The position numbers and the translations under genes are program-made. Shown in pieces: positions 39,288 through 48,214 of a stretch of DNA of 64,000 bases. This stretch comes from an uncultured Acidobacteriaceae bacterium (lineage in GTDB: Bacteria; Acidobacteriota; Terriglobia; Terriglobales; Acidobacteriaceae), in contig CAXUDN010000002.1 of the NCBI GenBank assembly GCA_964249715.1, positions 14,801 to 78,800 of the forward strand. Direction: 5' to 3'. The notes under the pieces were generated by a model that saw only the letters and a list, made by a program, of their open reading frames with translations, was not told where the DNA came from and searched no databases. Every line of letters starts with the position of its first letter. Within the stretch, counting starts at the first letter, position 1.

Positions 39288-39944
39288 CTACCGCGGCTGC
39301 GCCGTTGTGCGCAGGTAGGGCTTCACCGTCTTGTAACCCGGGAAGATCTTCTCGGCTTCTTCGTTGCTCACGGCGCCGGTGATAATCACATCCTCGCCCT
39401 GCTTCCAGTTCGCGGGTGTTGCGACCTTGTGCTTCGCCGTCAACTGCATGGAGTCCAGCACGCGCAGTACCTCGTCGAAGTTCCGGCCCGTGGTCATGGG
39501 ATAGGCCAGGTGCAGCTTGATGCGCTTGTCCGGCCCGATCACAAACACGGTACGTACGGGCGCGTTCAGCGCCGCGGTGCGGCCCCCTTCCACGTCACCG
39601 GCATCGCCCGGCAGCATGTCATAGAGCTTGGCAATCTTCAGTTCCGGATCGCCGATCATCGGGTACTTCACCGGCGAGCCGCCCACATCTTCGATGTCCT
39701 TGGCCCACTTCTGGTGACTCTCCACCGGGTCCAGCGAAAGGCCGATCACCTTCGCGCCGCGTTGCGCAAACTGGCTTTCCAGGCTCGCCATGGCGCCCAG
39801 TTCGGTTGTGCAGACCGGCGTAAAATCCTTGGGGTGCGAAAACAGAACAGCCCAGCCGTCCCCAATCCACTCATGAAAATGAAGGGTGCCCTGGGTTGTT
39901 TCGGCGGAGAAGTCCGGCGCTATATCGTTGATGCGAAGAGACAT
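39288..39944 (-). CDS. 1-Cys peroxiredoxin (Prx6 / LsfA-like)
   Basis: FSHPKDFTPVCTTE active site, YPMTTGRN and ATPANW; only one Cys in 218 aa. Confidence 0.95.
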   Translation of the reverse strand: MSLRINDIAPDFSAETTQGTLHFHEWIGDGWAVLFSHPKDFTPVCTTELGAMASLESQFAQRGAKVIGLSLDPVESHQKWAKDIEDVGGSPVKYPMIGDPELKIAKLYDMLPGDAGDVEGGRTAALNAPVRTVFVIGPDKRIKLHLAYPMTTGRNFDEVLRVLDSMQLTAKHKVATPANWKQGEDVIITGAVSNEEAEKIFPGYKTVKPYLRTTAQPR

Positions 39945-40062
39945 CAGATCCCTTTCCATGTCGAGCGCCTGAGGCAGGCGGAAGTGGCATTTGCAAAGAG
40001 GCGCATGCCTCGCGTTCAAAAGGTTAGATTCGTTGAAGTGCGTTCCGTCGCGGGCCGGCATG

Positions 40063-40095
40063 CAAAGACCCACCCGGCTCAGCCTGGGTGGGTCT
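40063..40095 (-). terminator. Putative attenuator (3:4) hairpin upstream of the peroxiredoxin
   Basis: Minus strand AGACCCACCC-AGGCTGAGCC-GGGTGGGTCT then TTG; 10-bp perfect stem with only a short U tract. Confidence 0.6.
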
Positions 40096-40133
40096 GGACT
40101 TGCTTTTTGACGCCTTGCTCTTTCGTCTCTAGC

Positions 40134-40211
40134 TCATCCGCTCACCCCTGCCAGGCCGCAGCAACAGCAGCGGCAGAGACAGCGGGTCGGGATGGACGAA
40201 GAGGAAAGCAT
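40134..40211 (-). CDS. Putative poly-cysteine leader peptide MLSSSSIPTRCLCRCCCCGLAGVSG
   Basis: ATG 40211 to TGA 40134; 6 Cys in 8 consecutive codons; overlaps alternative hairpins ahead of a peroxiredoxin and tRNA-Cys. Confidence 0.7.
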   Translation of the reverse strand: MLSSSSIPTRCLCRCCCCGLAGVSG

Positions 40212-40334
40212 GTCATTCAATCTGCACCGCAGGGGCAGGTTGGTCCCCTTTGCGGTGAACCCAAGGTACGAAACGCGCGGCGCGCTGTCAACTGAGATCG
40301 GGCTGCGCACCCACCAACTCGCTAGACTGGCAGC

Positions 40335-41252
40335 ATGGAAACACGCCTCAGTTACTCCGTTCTCGACGTCTTCGCGGAGGCGCCGCTCGAGGGCAATCCC
40401 CTGGCGGTCTTTCACGATGGCCGCGGCCTCACCGGCCTTCAAATGCAGGCCCTCGCGCGCGAAACCAACCTCTCCGAAACCACCTTTATCCTGCCCTCGG
40501 AAGACCCCGAGCAGGACCGCACCGAGGGCGTGCGCGTCCGAATCTTCACCACGCAGGAAGAACTGCCGTTTGCCGGTCATCCCACCCTGGGTACGGCGAG
40601 TTGGTTGCGCCTGCATCATTCTCCCGTGCGCGGCGCCGAGACAGTGACCCTTCGACTGAACGCAGGCCCCGTGCCGGTGCACTTCCCCCCGGAATCGCGG
40701 GGCAACCAGAAAGGCGTCTACGGCTCAATGCATCAGCCTGACCCAGCGTTCGGCCAGGAGTTCGCACCGGCTGAGGTGGCAAAGATCCTCGGGCTGGACG
40801 AAGCCGATCTGCTGCCCGGCTACAGGCCGCAGGCTGTTTCGACCGGCAACGCCTTCTGCGTCGTGGCCCTGCGCTCCGTCGCGGTGCTGGGAACCCTTGC
40901 CATCCCGCAGCGCGAGGCCACAGAGTGGCTCCACGCGCGCGGCATCCGCTGGTTCTACTGCATAGCCCAGGATGGGACGGGCAGCAGCCAAGACACCTGG
41001 CGCGCCCGCATGCAATGGCACAGCGGCGAGGACCCGGCCACAGGCTCGGCCGCAGGACCTTGCATCGCCTGGCTTGTACGGCACGGCTTGGCGGGATCGG
41101 GGCGGCCGATTGAGATTCATCAGGGGGTGGAGATCATGCGCCGGAGTCGTCTGATTGTGCAAGCAACCTCGATTGACAAGGCAATTCGCGAGGTACGGGT
41201 AGCAGGCCGCACCATTCCCGTGGCAACCGGAGTTTTTCTCCTCCCTTCCTAA
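40335..41252 (+). CDS. PhzF-family (diaminopimelate-epimerase fold) protein
   Basis: DVF...GNPLAV, NLSETTF, ELPFAGHPTLG and EDPATGSA motifs. Confidence 0.93.
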   Translation: METRLSYSVLDVFAEAPLEGNPLAVFHDGRGLTGLQMQALARETNLSETTFILPSEDPEQDRTEGVRVRIFTTQEELPFAGHPTLGTASWLRLHHSPVRGAETVTLRLNAGPVPVHFPPESRGNQKGVYGSMHQPDPAFGQEFAPAEVAKILGLDEADLLPGYRPQAVSTGNAFCVVALRSVAVLGTLAIPQREATEWLHARGIRWFYCIAQDGTGSSQDTWRARMQWHSGEDPATGSAAGPCIAWLVRHGLAGSGRPIEIHQGVEIMRRSRLIVQATSIDKAIREVRVAGRTIPVATGVFLLPS

Positions 41253-41363
41253 CGCGGGATATGCACAGAGGCGCGAACCTTAAACGTCAGTAACTGCAAT
41301 GGTTCGCGCTCTTTTCCGTGGATGCGCTGTAAACAATAGGTGAATCTTCGCCTTTTCTTCGGA

Positions 41364-41392
41364 TTGCCGCGGCGGTTGCCTGTCCGTATGCT
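41364..41392 (+). promoter_or_regulatory. Putative sigma70 promoter of the response regulator
   Basis: TTGCCG-N17-TATGCT. Confidence 0.5.
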
Positions 41393-41741
41393 CAGGCAAT
41401 CGCACCTCGCACCTACAACCTCTGTATTGTGCGAATCAGACTTCGGTTCAACTCCATTTTCCTCGATTTACGCGGCTTCCAAGCCGTGTCGGCCTGGTTG
41501 TGTTCACTTGTTCGGGAGCCTTCCGGGAAGCACCTTTAACGCGCCGTTCCTTTGCGTCCGGCGCGCCTGCACCCTCGCGCTTGAGCTCCTCTCGCGGTCT
41601 GCAGGACAGCCAAGATCTCGGGTAGTTCCGGGTGTCCTTCGCGACGCCTGCGGCCTCCCTCGTCCTTTTACCCAGGCGGCTCCCCCGAGCCACTCGAAAC
41701 CTACCAGCCGGAGCCGACCGGCAGAGAGACGACCCCAACCA

Positions 41742-42170
41742 ATGCGCCCCCGTAAGACCATTCTGTGCGTAGAAGCCAATGAGCAGATCCTTTCCGTTCG
41801 CAAATTCATGCTGGAAACGCGCGGGTATCGCGTAATCGCCCTGACCAGCTCCTATGCGGCGCTCGAGTACCTGGAAGGCACCCCGCCCGGATCGGTCGAT
41901 CTCTTGCTCTCCGATCTGCTCCTGCCCGGCATGGACGGCAATGAACTGGCCCGTCGCGCCAAGGGAATGCATCCCGGCATCCCCACGTTGCTCGTGTCGG
42001 GAATGGTCTCCAACTATGACCGCGCCGGAGCAGCCGATGCCTTTCTACCCAAGGGTGCCTGCACCCCCGCCGAAATGCTGGACCGCATACGCGTCCTGGC
42101 CACACGCAAGCGAGGCCCCAAGAAGCAGGTGCCCTTCATGACACCCCTTGCTGTGCCCGTCGCAGGCTAG
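41742..42170 (+). CDS. Single-domain response regulator receiver
   Basis: ILCVE, LLLSDLLLPGMDG (phospho-Asp), LVSG and FLPK motifs; short basic RKRGPKK tail. Confidence 0.9.
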   Translation: MRPRKTILCVEANEQILSVRKFMLETRGYRVIALTSSYAALEYLEGTPPGSVDLLLSDLLLPGMDGNELARRAKGMHPGIPTLLVSGMVSNYDRAGAADAFLPKGACTPAEMLDRIRVLATRKRGPKKQVPFMTPLAVPVAG

Positions 42171-42190
42171 CTAGCGAAGCGCCGCCTGGC

Positions 42191-44686
42191 CTAGGCCTCA
42201 ACCAGGCCATAGCGGCGCTGCCATTGCTGCCTCAAGCGATTCCAGACAGCGGCGCGCTCCTCCGCCGTCAGTGCTGGATCGGGTTGCTCCACGAAGCGTG
42301 CCGCCTCGGCTTTCGCGAGTTCCAGAACCTGGCGGTCGCGAGACAAATTCGCAACGCGAAACTCGGGCAAACCTGCCTGACGCGTTCCGAAGAACTCCCC
42401 GGGACCGCGCTGCGCAAGATCGAACTCCGCAAGCTGGAAGCCGTCCTGGGTTTGCACCATGACGTCCAGCCTGGCTTCTGCCTCCGGGGTAATTCGCTCG
42501 CCCGTCAGTAAAACGCAGAAGCTCTTCGCACTTCCCCGGCCCACGCGCCCACGCAGCTGATGAAGCTGCGCCAGGCCAAAGCGCTCGGCGTGCTCGATCA
42601 CTATCACCGTGGCATTCGGTACGTCCACGCCGACTTCAATCACCGTGGTCGCCACCAGCACATCGATCTCGCCTCGCTTGAAGCGGGCCATGGTCACTTC
42701 TTTCTCATCCGCGGCCATGCGTCCGTGCAGCAATCCCAGCCGCAGCCCCGCCAGCGGACCCTGCGCAAGCTCATCGTGCATTTCCACCGCGGAGCGCAGC
42801 TTGGGGCGGTTCGCCTGGCGCACCCTCGCACCCTTCACCGCGGCGAGAGATTCGCCTTCCGCACGGTTCGCCGCTCCCTTTGCAGAAGCACTCTTCTTCG
42901 CGGCTTTCCGCAAAGCAGCCTCCGCCCCGGTGAGGCCTGAAGCCGACGCACTGGCTCCCTCGCCCGCTGCCTCGCTCTCATCGTGAGCAAAGTCAAGCTC
43001 CGGCTGATCGTCCTTGCCACCCTCGATCAGGGGATACACGATGTATGCCTGTCGCCCCGCCGCCACCTGCTTACGCACAAAGGTCCACGCTTCGGCGGCA
43101 CGCTCGGCGGGCAGGCGCCGCGTCGTGATCGGCGTGCGGCCCGGCGGAAGCTCATCCAGAATGCTCGCCTCCAGATCGCCGTACATCGTCAGCGCCAACG
43201 TCCGCGGAATGGGTGTCGCCGTCATGACCAGCACATCCGGCTCCGTCGCAACGCCATCCGGCCCCGGCTTCCGCATCAGCTTGTAGCGCTGCTGCACACC
43301 AAACCGGTGCTGCTCGTCCATGATCACCAACCCCAGATTGTCGAAGTCCACCTTCTCTTCGACCAGCGCGTGCGTGCCGATCGCCAGATCAGCTTCCCCA
43401 CGAAAAATCCGTCCCCGCGCCTCGCGTTTCGCGCGCTGGTCCAGCGACCCGGTCAGCAGCGTAACCCGGTATCCGCGCCCGCTGCTCGGCGAAACCGCAT
43501 CTCCCAGCAGCTTGCGCGCCGAAAGATAATGCTGTGTCGCCAGGATCTCCGTCGGCGCCATCATCGCAACCTGGTAGCCGTTTTCGATCGCAATCAACGC
43601 CGCTTCCAGCGCCACAATCGTCTTGCCCGAACCCACATCGCCCTGCAGCAAACGCCGCATCGGCCGAGGCTCGCGCATGTCGTGTGCGATCTCAGCCAAC
43701 ACTCGTTTTTGCGCCTTCGTCGGCTTGAACGGCAAGACCTGCTTCAACGCCTCCCGTACCTTGTCGTCCGTCTGAAAAGCAGTCCCTTGCCGCTCACGAA
43801 GCTTCTTCCGCTTCAGCTCCAGCCCCAGCTCCAGGTACCAGAGCTCCTCGAAGATCAGCCGCCGGTGCGCCGGGGTGCGCGCCTCCTGCAAATCAGCCAA
43901 CGGCGTCTCCGCAGCCGGAAAATGCAGATCGCGGAGCGCCTGCATCCGGCTCGGCAAACCGAGTCGTTCCACCAGCGCGCGCGGAAGGGTCTCCACGGCC
44001 TCCACGTTGGCCTCCGCCAGCTCGCGAAACAGCCCCCAGATCACCCGCCGGAGCCAGCGCGAAGTCAGCTTCGCGCCCCACGCCGTGGTGCCCCCAAGTG
44101 AGCTATACACGGGCACAATGCGGCCCATCTCCAGCGTGGTGAACTCGGCGTCATCGCCATTGCTTTGCCCAGGCTCGGGCAGGATCTCAAAGGTCGGCTG
44201 GATCATCTTCCAGCGCGCCGCTCCCGGACCCGCACCGGGCGCCGTCCCGGAGCGCGAACCCTCCAGCTTCCCGTACAACGCAACCTGCTGCCCGGATTTG
44301 AATCGATCCCGCAGGTACGTGCCGTTGAACCAAAGACACTTGATCGTCTCAAGAATCGGCGGACTCGATAACATGGTCCCGGCTGTCGCAGCGTCTGCCG
44401 TCTCGGGCGCCCCCGGTCGCAGACCAACCGTCATCTCAAAGATCGGCTTGGACCGCGTACGCAGCAAAACAGCCCCGCGCACCTCGCCCACCACCGACGC
44501 CATATCCCCGGCCTGGTATTCCGACAGCGGTTTGGGATGAACCCGGTCCTCATAGCGGAAGGGCAGGTGGTACAGCAGATCTTCCACGGTCTCGACCCCG
44601 CGCTCGGCCAGGCTCCCCGCCACCCGCTCGCCGACGCGCTTGAGAAATTTCACCGGGGTATCGAGCGTAAGCACCACAGCTCCCAT
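42191..44686 (-). CDS. recG: ATP-dependent DNA helicase RecG
   Basis: LPFRYED, QGDVGSGKT, DEQHRFG, TATPIPR, QLRGRVGRG and DLAQRGPGE...Q motifs. Confidence 0.96.
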   Translation of the reverse strand: MGAVVLTLDTPVKFLKRVGERVAGSLAERGVETVEDLLYHLPFRYEDRVHPKPLSEYQAGDMASVVGEVRGAVLLRTRSKPIFEMTVGLRPGAPETADAATAGTMLSSPPILETIKCLWFNGTYLRDRFKSGQQVALYGKLEGSRSGTAPGAGPGAARWKMIQPTFEILPEPGQSNGDDAEFTTLEMGRIVPVYSSLGGTTAWGAKLTSRWLRRVIWGLFRELAEANVEAVETLPRALVERLGLPSRMQALRDLHFPAAETPLADLQEARTPAHRRLIFEELWYLELGLELKRKKLRERQGTAFQTDDKVREALKQVLPFKPTKAQKRVLAEIAHDMREPRPMRRLLQGDVGSGKTIVALEAALIAIENGYQVAMMAPTEILATQHYLSARKLLGDAVSPSSGRGYRVTLLTGSLDQRAKREARGRIFRGEADLAIGTHALVEEKVDFDNLGLVIMDEQHRFGVQQRYKLMRKPGPDGVATEPDVLVMTATPIPRTLALTMYGDLEASILDELPPGRTPITTRRLPAERAAEAWTFVRKQVAAGRQAYIVYPLIEGGKDDQPELDFAHDESEAAGEGASASASGLTGAEAALRKAAKKSASAKGAANRAEGESLAAVKGARVRQANRPKLRSAVEMHDELAQGPLAGLRLGLLHGRMAADEKEVTMARFKRGEIDVLVATTVIEVGVDVPNATVIVIEHAERFGLAQLHQLRGRVGRGSAKSFCVLLTGERITPEAEARLDVMVQTQDGFQLAEFDLAQRGPGEFFGTRQAGLPEFRVANLSRDRQVLELAKAEAARFVEQPDPALTAEERAAVWNRLRQQWQRRYGLVEA

Positions 44687-44774
44687 GCTAACGGCTGGCC
44701 TGAGCCAGGACGCGGCCAGGACGCGGCAATGAAATAATGCACTTGAGCCCAGCGAGGGGCTCCGTAAACTCCGG

Positions 44775-45947
44775 ATGGATACCTTTCTCGGCCGTTTCAA
44801 GAACCCGTTGGTGCTGCTGGCCGTAGTTCTGCTGCAGACGCTCTGGCTCGCCACGCAGGTGCAGCATCCCTTGCAGCCTGGCCTTGGATTTTCAAGCGGC
44901 GAAGACGGCCACAAGGTCACCCTGCTGCGCTCCTGGGCCATGGCGGTGGCCGCACCGGTAGAGCGCGTCTCCCATGGGGCCGGGCTCGGCATCCGCTACA
45001 CCTGGACCAACTACGTCGATCTCCGCGGAGCCCGCGAGCAAAACGGGGCGCTCAAAGAAGAGGTCGCCCGCCTGCGCCTCGAGCAGGCCGCCTTCGCCCA
45101 GGATGCCGCCGAAGGCCGCCGCCTGCAAACCCTGCTCGCCTTCAAGCAGCACTATGTCACCTCCACCATTGCCGCGCAGGTGATCGGGAGCAGCGGCTCC
45201 GACCGCTCGCACGTCTTCTGGATCGATAAAGGGTCAGCCGACGGCCTTCGCCCGGAGCAGGCCGTCATCACACCCGACGGTGTTGTCGGCAAACTCCGCG
45301 ACGTCATGGCCCACACCGCGCAGCTCCTGCTCATCGACGATCCCAACTCAGGCGCCGGCGTCATCCTGCAATCCACGCGGGTACGCGGCATCGTACGCGG
45401 CACCGCAGCCGGCGAAGTCGTCATCAACAACCTGACCGCCGACGACCGGATCCGGCCCGGCGAACAGGTCATTACCTCGGGCGGCGACGAGGTCTTTCCC
45501 CGCGGTCTGCCGGTCGGTACCATCGCTTTCATCGAACCCGACCCAAGACACCAGCCCTACACCCTCATCCATCTCAAACCGGCGGCCAACCTTCGCCAGC
45601 TCGAAGAGGTCCTGGTCATCACCGGAACCGATGCGACGCTCCCCGCGGTAGCCCAAAGCGACGCCGCCCAGGCACAGGCCACCGCCGAAGCCAACCAGCG
45701 CGCCGCGGACCTCGTCGCCGCCCGCCTCCCGAGCCTGCATGACGACGACGCCGAGGCCGGCGCCCCAGCCGCAACCGGCGCCGAAGCCGGCAAGGCCGCC
45801 GAAGCCGCCGGCGGGACGAGCGGACCGGTACCCGGTGTTCCCAACTCCGGTATGCCCAAAGTCAAGCCGCCCGTGCACACCGACCGTTACTCGCCAGGCT
45901 CTACGCCCTCCGCCGAAGACCTCACCCCCGGAGCGCCAAGGCCCTAG
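44775..45947 (+). CDS. mreC: Rod shape-determining protein MreC
   Basis: TM anchor, coiled coil, IDKGSADG, GVVG and VITSG...FPRGLPVG motifs; Ala/Pro-rich tail. Confidence 0.93.
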   Translation: MDTFLGRFKNPLVLLAVVLLQTLWLATQVQHPLQPGLGFSSGEDGHKVTLLRSWAMAVAAPVERVSHGAGLGIRYTWTNYVDLRGAREQNGALKEEVARLRLEQAAFAQDAAEGRRLQTLLAFKQHYVTSTIAAQVIGSSGSDRSHVFWIDKGSADGLRPEQAVITPDGVVGKLRDVMAHTAQLLLIDDPNSGAGVILQSTRVRGIVRGTAAGEVVINNLTADDRIRPGEQVITSGGDEVFPRGLPVGTIAFIEPDPRHQPYTLIHLKPAANLRQLEEVLVITGTDATLPAVAQSDAAQAQATAEANQRAADLVAARLPSLHDDDAEAGAPAATGAEAGKAAEAAGGTSGPVPGVPNSGMPKVKPPVHTDRYSPGSTPSAEDLTPGAPRP

Positions 45948-45973
45948 CCAGTATGCTGGGACGGAAGCCCTGA

Positions 45974-46501
45974 ATGCCTGAGCACAGCTATACCTCCCGG
46001 CGCGAGCTGGAACAATACCACTTCCACCCGCTGGTCACGGTGCTGGCGCCCTTGCTCTGCGTGCTTCTGGGCGCCATGCTCCCGCGGGTCTGGCCCAGGC
46101 TGGATATCCTCGACCTTCCCCTTATTGCCACGGTCTTCTTCGCCGTCTCGCGCCGCAGCCCGGTTGCCGGCACGCTGACCGGCACAGCCATCGGGCTCCT
46201 GCAGGACGCCTTCACCGATCTACCCTTCGGCGTCAACGGCATTGCCAAAGCCATCATTGGCTACGTCGCCGCAAGCCTCGGGTTCGCGATCGATGTAGAA
46301 AATATTCTCAATCGCGTCCTTATGAACTTCGTCGCCAGCCTGCTGCAGAGCGGCATCCTCTACCTGATCACCCGCCGCCTGCTGGGCGATGCCACGGTAC
46401 AGCTACGACCCGTGCACGAACTCATCCGCGCTGCCGTCAACACGGTCGCAGCTCTCCCCATCTTTCTCCTACTGGACCGGTTTCGCGTTCTGGAAGACTA
46501 G
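45974..46501 (+). CDS. mreD: Rod shape-determining protein MreD
   Basis: Hydrophobic 175 aa with DLPL and GLLQD...G motifs; directly after mreC. Confidence 0.9.
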   Translation: MPEHSYTSRRELEQYHFHPLVTVLAPLLCVLLGAMLPRVWPRLDILDLPLIATVFFAVSRRSPVAGTLTGTAIGLLQDAFTDLPFGVNGIAKAIIGYVAASLGFAIDVENILNRVLMNFVASLLQSGILYLITRRLLGDATVQLRPVHELIRAAVNTVAALPIFLLLDRFRVLED

Positions 46502-46530
46502 ACTGGCGCTGTCCGCCTTTCTCGTTCCGC

Positions 46531-47472
46531 CTAGCGCGTTCCGCCCAATAGTTGTACGAACCGCCGAAACCCCGCCTGCCGCGCCGCCGCGTTCGGAGCA
46601 CTTGCATCCGGAGCCTCGCCGGCCCGCATGAAGCCATGCCCCGCCCCGTCGTACACAACCGGCTCGTACGTCTTCCCGGCTGCCTTCATCGCATCCTTGG
46701 TCCCTTCGACGGTGGACGTGATTCGCGCATCATTGCCCGCGTAAAACCCATACACCGGCGCAGTGATGTTCTTCATCAGCTCGGGCGCCGGAGGAGGTCC
46801 ATAGAACACAAAGGCCGCACTCAGATCATGCCGGTGTGTGGCAAACAGAAACGACTTACCCCCACCCCAGCAAAATCCACCCACAAACAGCTTGCTGCTC
46901 GCCGCCGGTAGATGCTTTCCATAATCCGCAGCCGCATCCAGGTCGTTCGTCACCTGCGCTTCAGGTAATGCCGACACCGCCTTCACGACCGCACCCTGAT
47001 CTGGGAATGCGCTCGTTCCACCGGGCGTTGCCGGCACATACGGTGCGCCGCTTCCTCCCTGGCCCATTTTCATCTGGGTGTCGGACGTAAGCACGAACCG
47101 CGGAGCGGCATTCTCCCGGACGTGCGCCGAAGCAGCGGGTGGCGCGCCCAACCCGCTCAACAGATCCGGTTCAACAACGATGTACCCAGCTGCCGCGACC
47201 TCATCCGCCATCTCCCGCGCCCAATCGCTCAAGCCAAAGATTTCGTGAATCAGCACCACCACCGGCGCCTTGCCCCTGGTCTCCGGATACACCACCCAGG
47301 CCTGCAGATCGCGCCCGCCCGTCTCATGTATCGTCACAAACTCGCCATGCCGGGAACTCTTCGCGAGATTGGCTTTGGCCCAGTCCTGGGCGATACACCG
47401 GCCAGTGCAAAGAACCGGGCACATCATGAGGGCGGCGAGCCCGCCCGCGCTGGTACGCAGAATGCTTTTCAT
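46531..47472 (-). CDS. Dienelactone hydrolase family protein, secreted
   Basis: HEIFGL, GFCWGG and AGHGF motifs; signal peptide from MKSILR. Confidence 0.92.
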   Translation of the reverse strand: MKSILRTSAGGLAALMMCPVLCTGRCIAQDWAKANLAKSSRHGEFVTIHETGGRDLQAWVVYPETRGKAPVVVLIHEIFGLSDWAREMADEVAAAGYIVVEPDLLSGLGAPPAASAHVRENAAPRFVLTSDTQMKMGQGGSGAPYVPATPGGTSAFPDQGAVVKAVSALPEAQVTNDLDAAADYGKHLPAASSKLFVGGFCWGGGKSFLFATHRHDLSAAFVFYGPPPAPELMKNITAPVYGFYAGNDARITSTVEGTKDAMKAAGKTYEPVVYDGAGHGFMRAGEAPDASAPNAAARQAGFRRFVQLLGGTR

Positions 47473-47568
47473 CGGTCCGAGTCTAGTCCTTCCGTGTAAA
47501 CGCTTGCGCATAGGAGACGGCACGGCCGCGTATCGCACATTCGCGCAGCGTCCTTAAGAGCTCTCGCC

Positions 47569-48060
47569 TTACGCGATCGGGAAACCGCTCTGCCTGGAAG
47601 CAAACTCGCTGATCACCGGCAGCTTCATGTAGCTCCCCTGCGAAGCTTTTACCAGGCAAAGCACCCAGAGCACCAGCATCGCCAGCCAGCCGACCAGAAA
47701 CACAATCTGCCCAAGAATTGGAATGATGTTGAACAAGCTGAGGCAAACTCCCAGCAAAGCGAGCCCCAGGCACTGGAACGCATGGAACTTCACAAACGGC
47801 CGCGTGTTGTACGGAGCCAGCACCAGAAACAGGATCGCCGGGATGATCGTTACATAGGCCAGTGCGCCGGCCGCCGTATCGCTTAAGCCCTGGTCGGCCG
47901 GAACAATCCCCGGCCGCGGCGGGTACGGCTGCTGAACATAGCCGTTGGTTCCATTCGGTGGGTAGGACTGCGGGTTATAGGGCTGCTCGGGGTAACTCTG
48001 CGGCGGAGCCTTGTATACATCCTCTGGAGGCACTTGGCCCCCCATCTGCGGATCCTGCAT
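47569..48060 (-). CDS. DUF4870-like membrane protein
   Basis: Pro/Gln/Tyr-rich N-tail, AGALAY, FVKFHAFQ and KLPVI motifs; three TMs. Confidence 0.8.
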   Translation of the reverse strand: MQDPQMGGQVPPEDVYKAPPQSYPEQPYNPQSYPPNGTNGYVQQPYPPRPGIVPADQGLSDTAAGALAYVTIIPAILFLVLAPYNTRPFVKFHAFQCLGLALLGVCLSLFNIIPILGQIVFLVGWLAMLVLWVLCLVKASQGSYMKLPVISEFASRQSGFPIA

Positions 48061-48214
48061 GCTGCGCCTCACTTCTCCTGATCGATCATCGCGAGCGGTC
48101 TACTTCAGCCGGGGTAGCCCGCTCACTCGAATGACCCTTAGGAAGTGCACCCGTTGTACACCCGCAGAGACTACGGCGTCGTCGTCTATAGCCGTCAGCC
48201 ACTGCGCCGGAGCG

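Noticed and set aside
40134-40682. 182-aa minus-strand ORF as a full gene
   Set aside because: Most of it is antisense to the PhzF-family gene; only the last 25 codons from ATG 40211 are credible, as a leader peptide.
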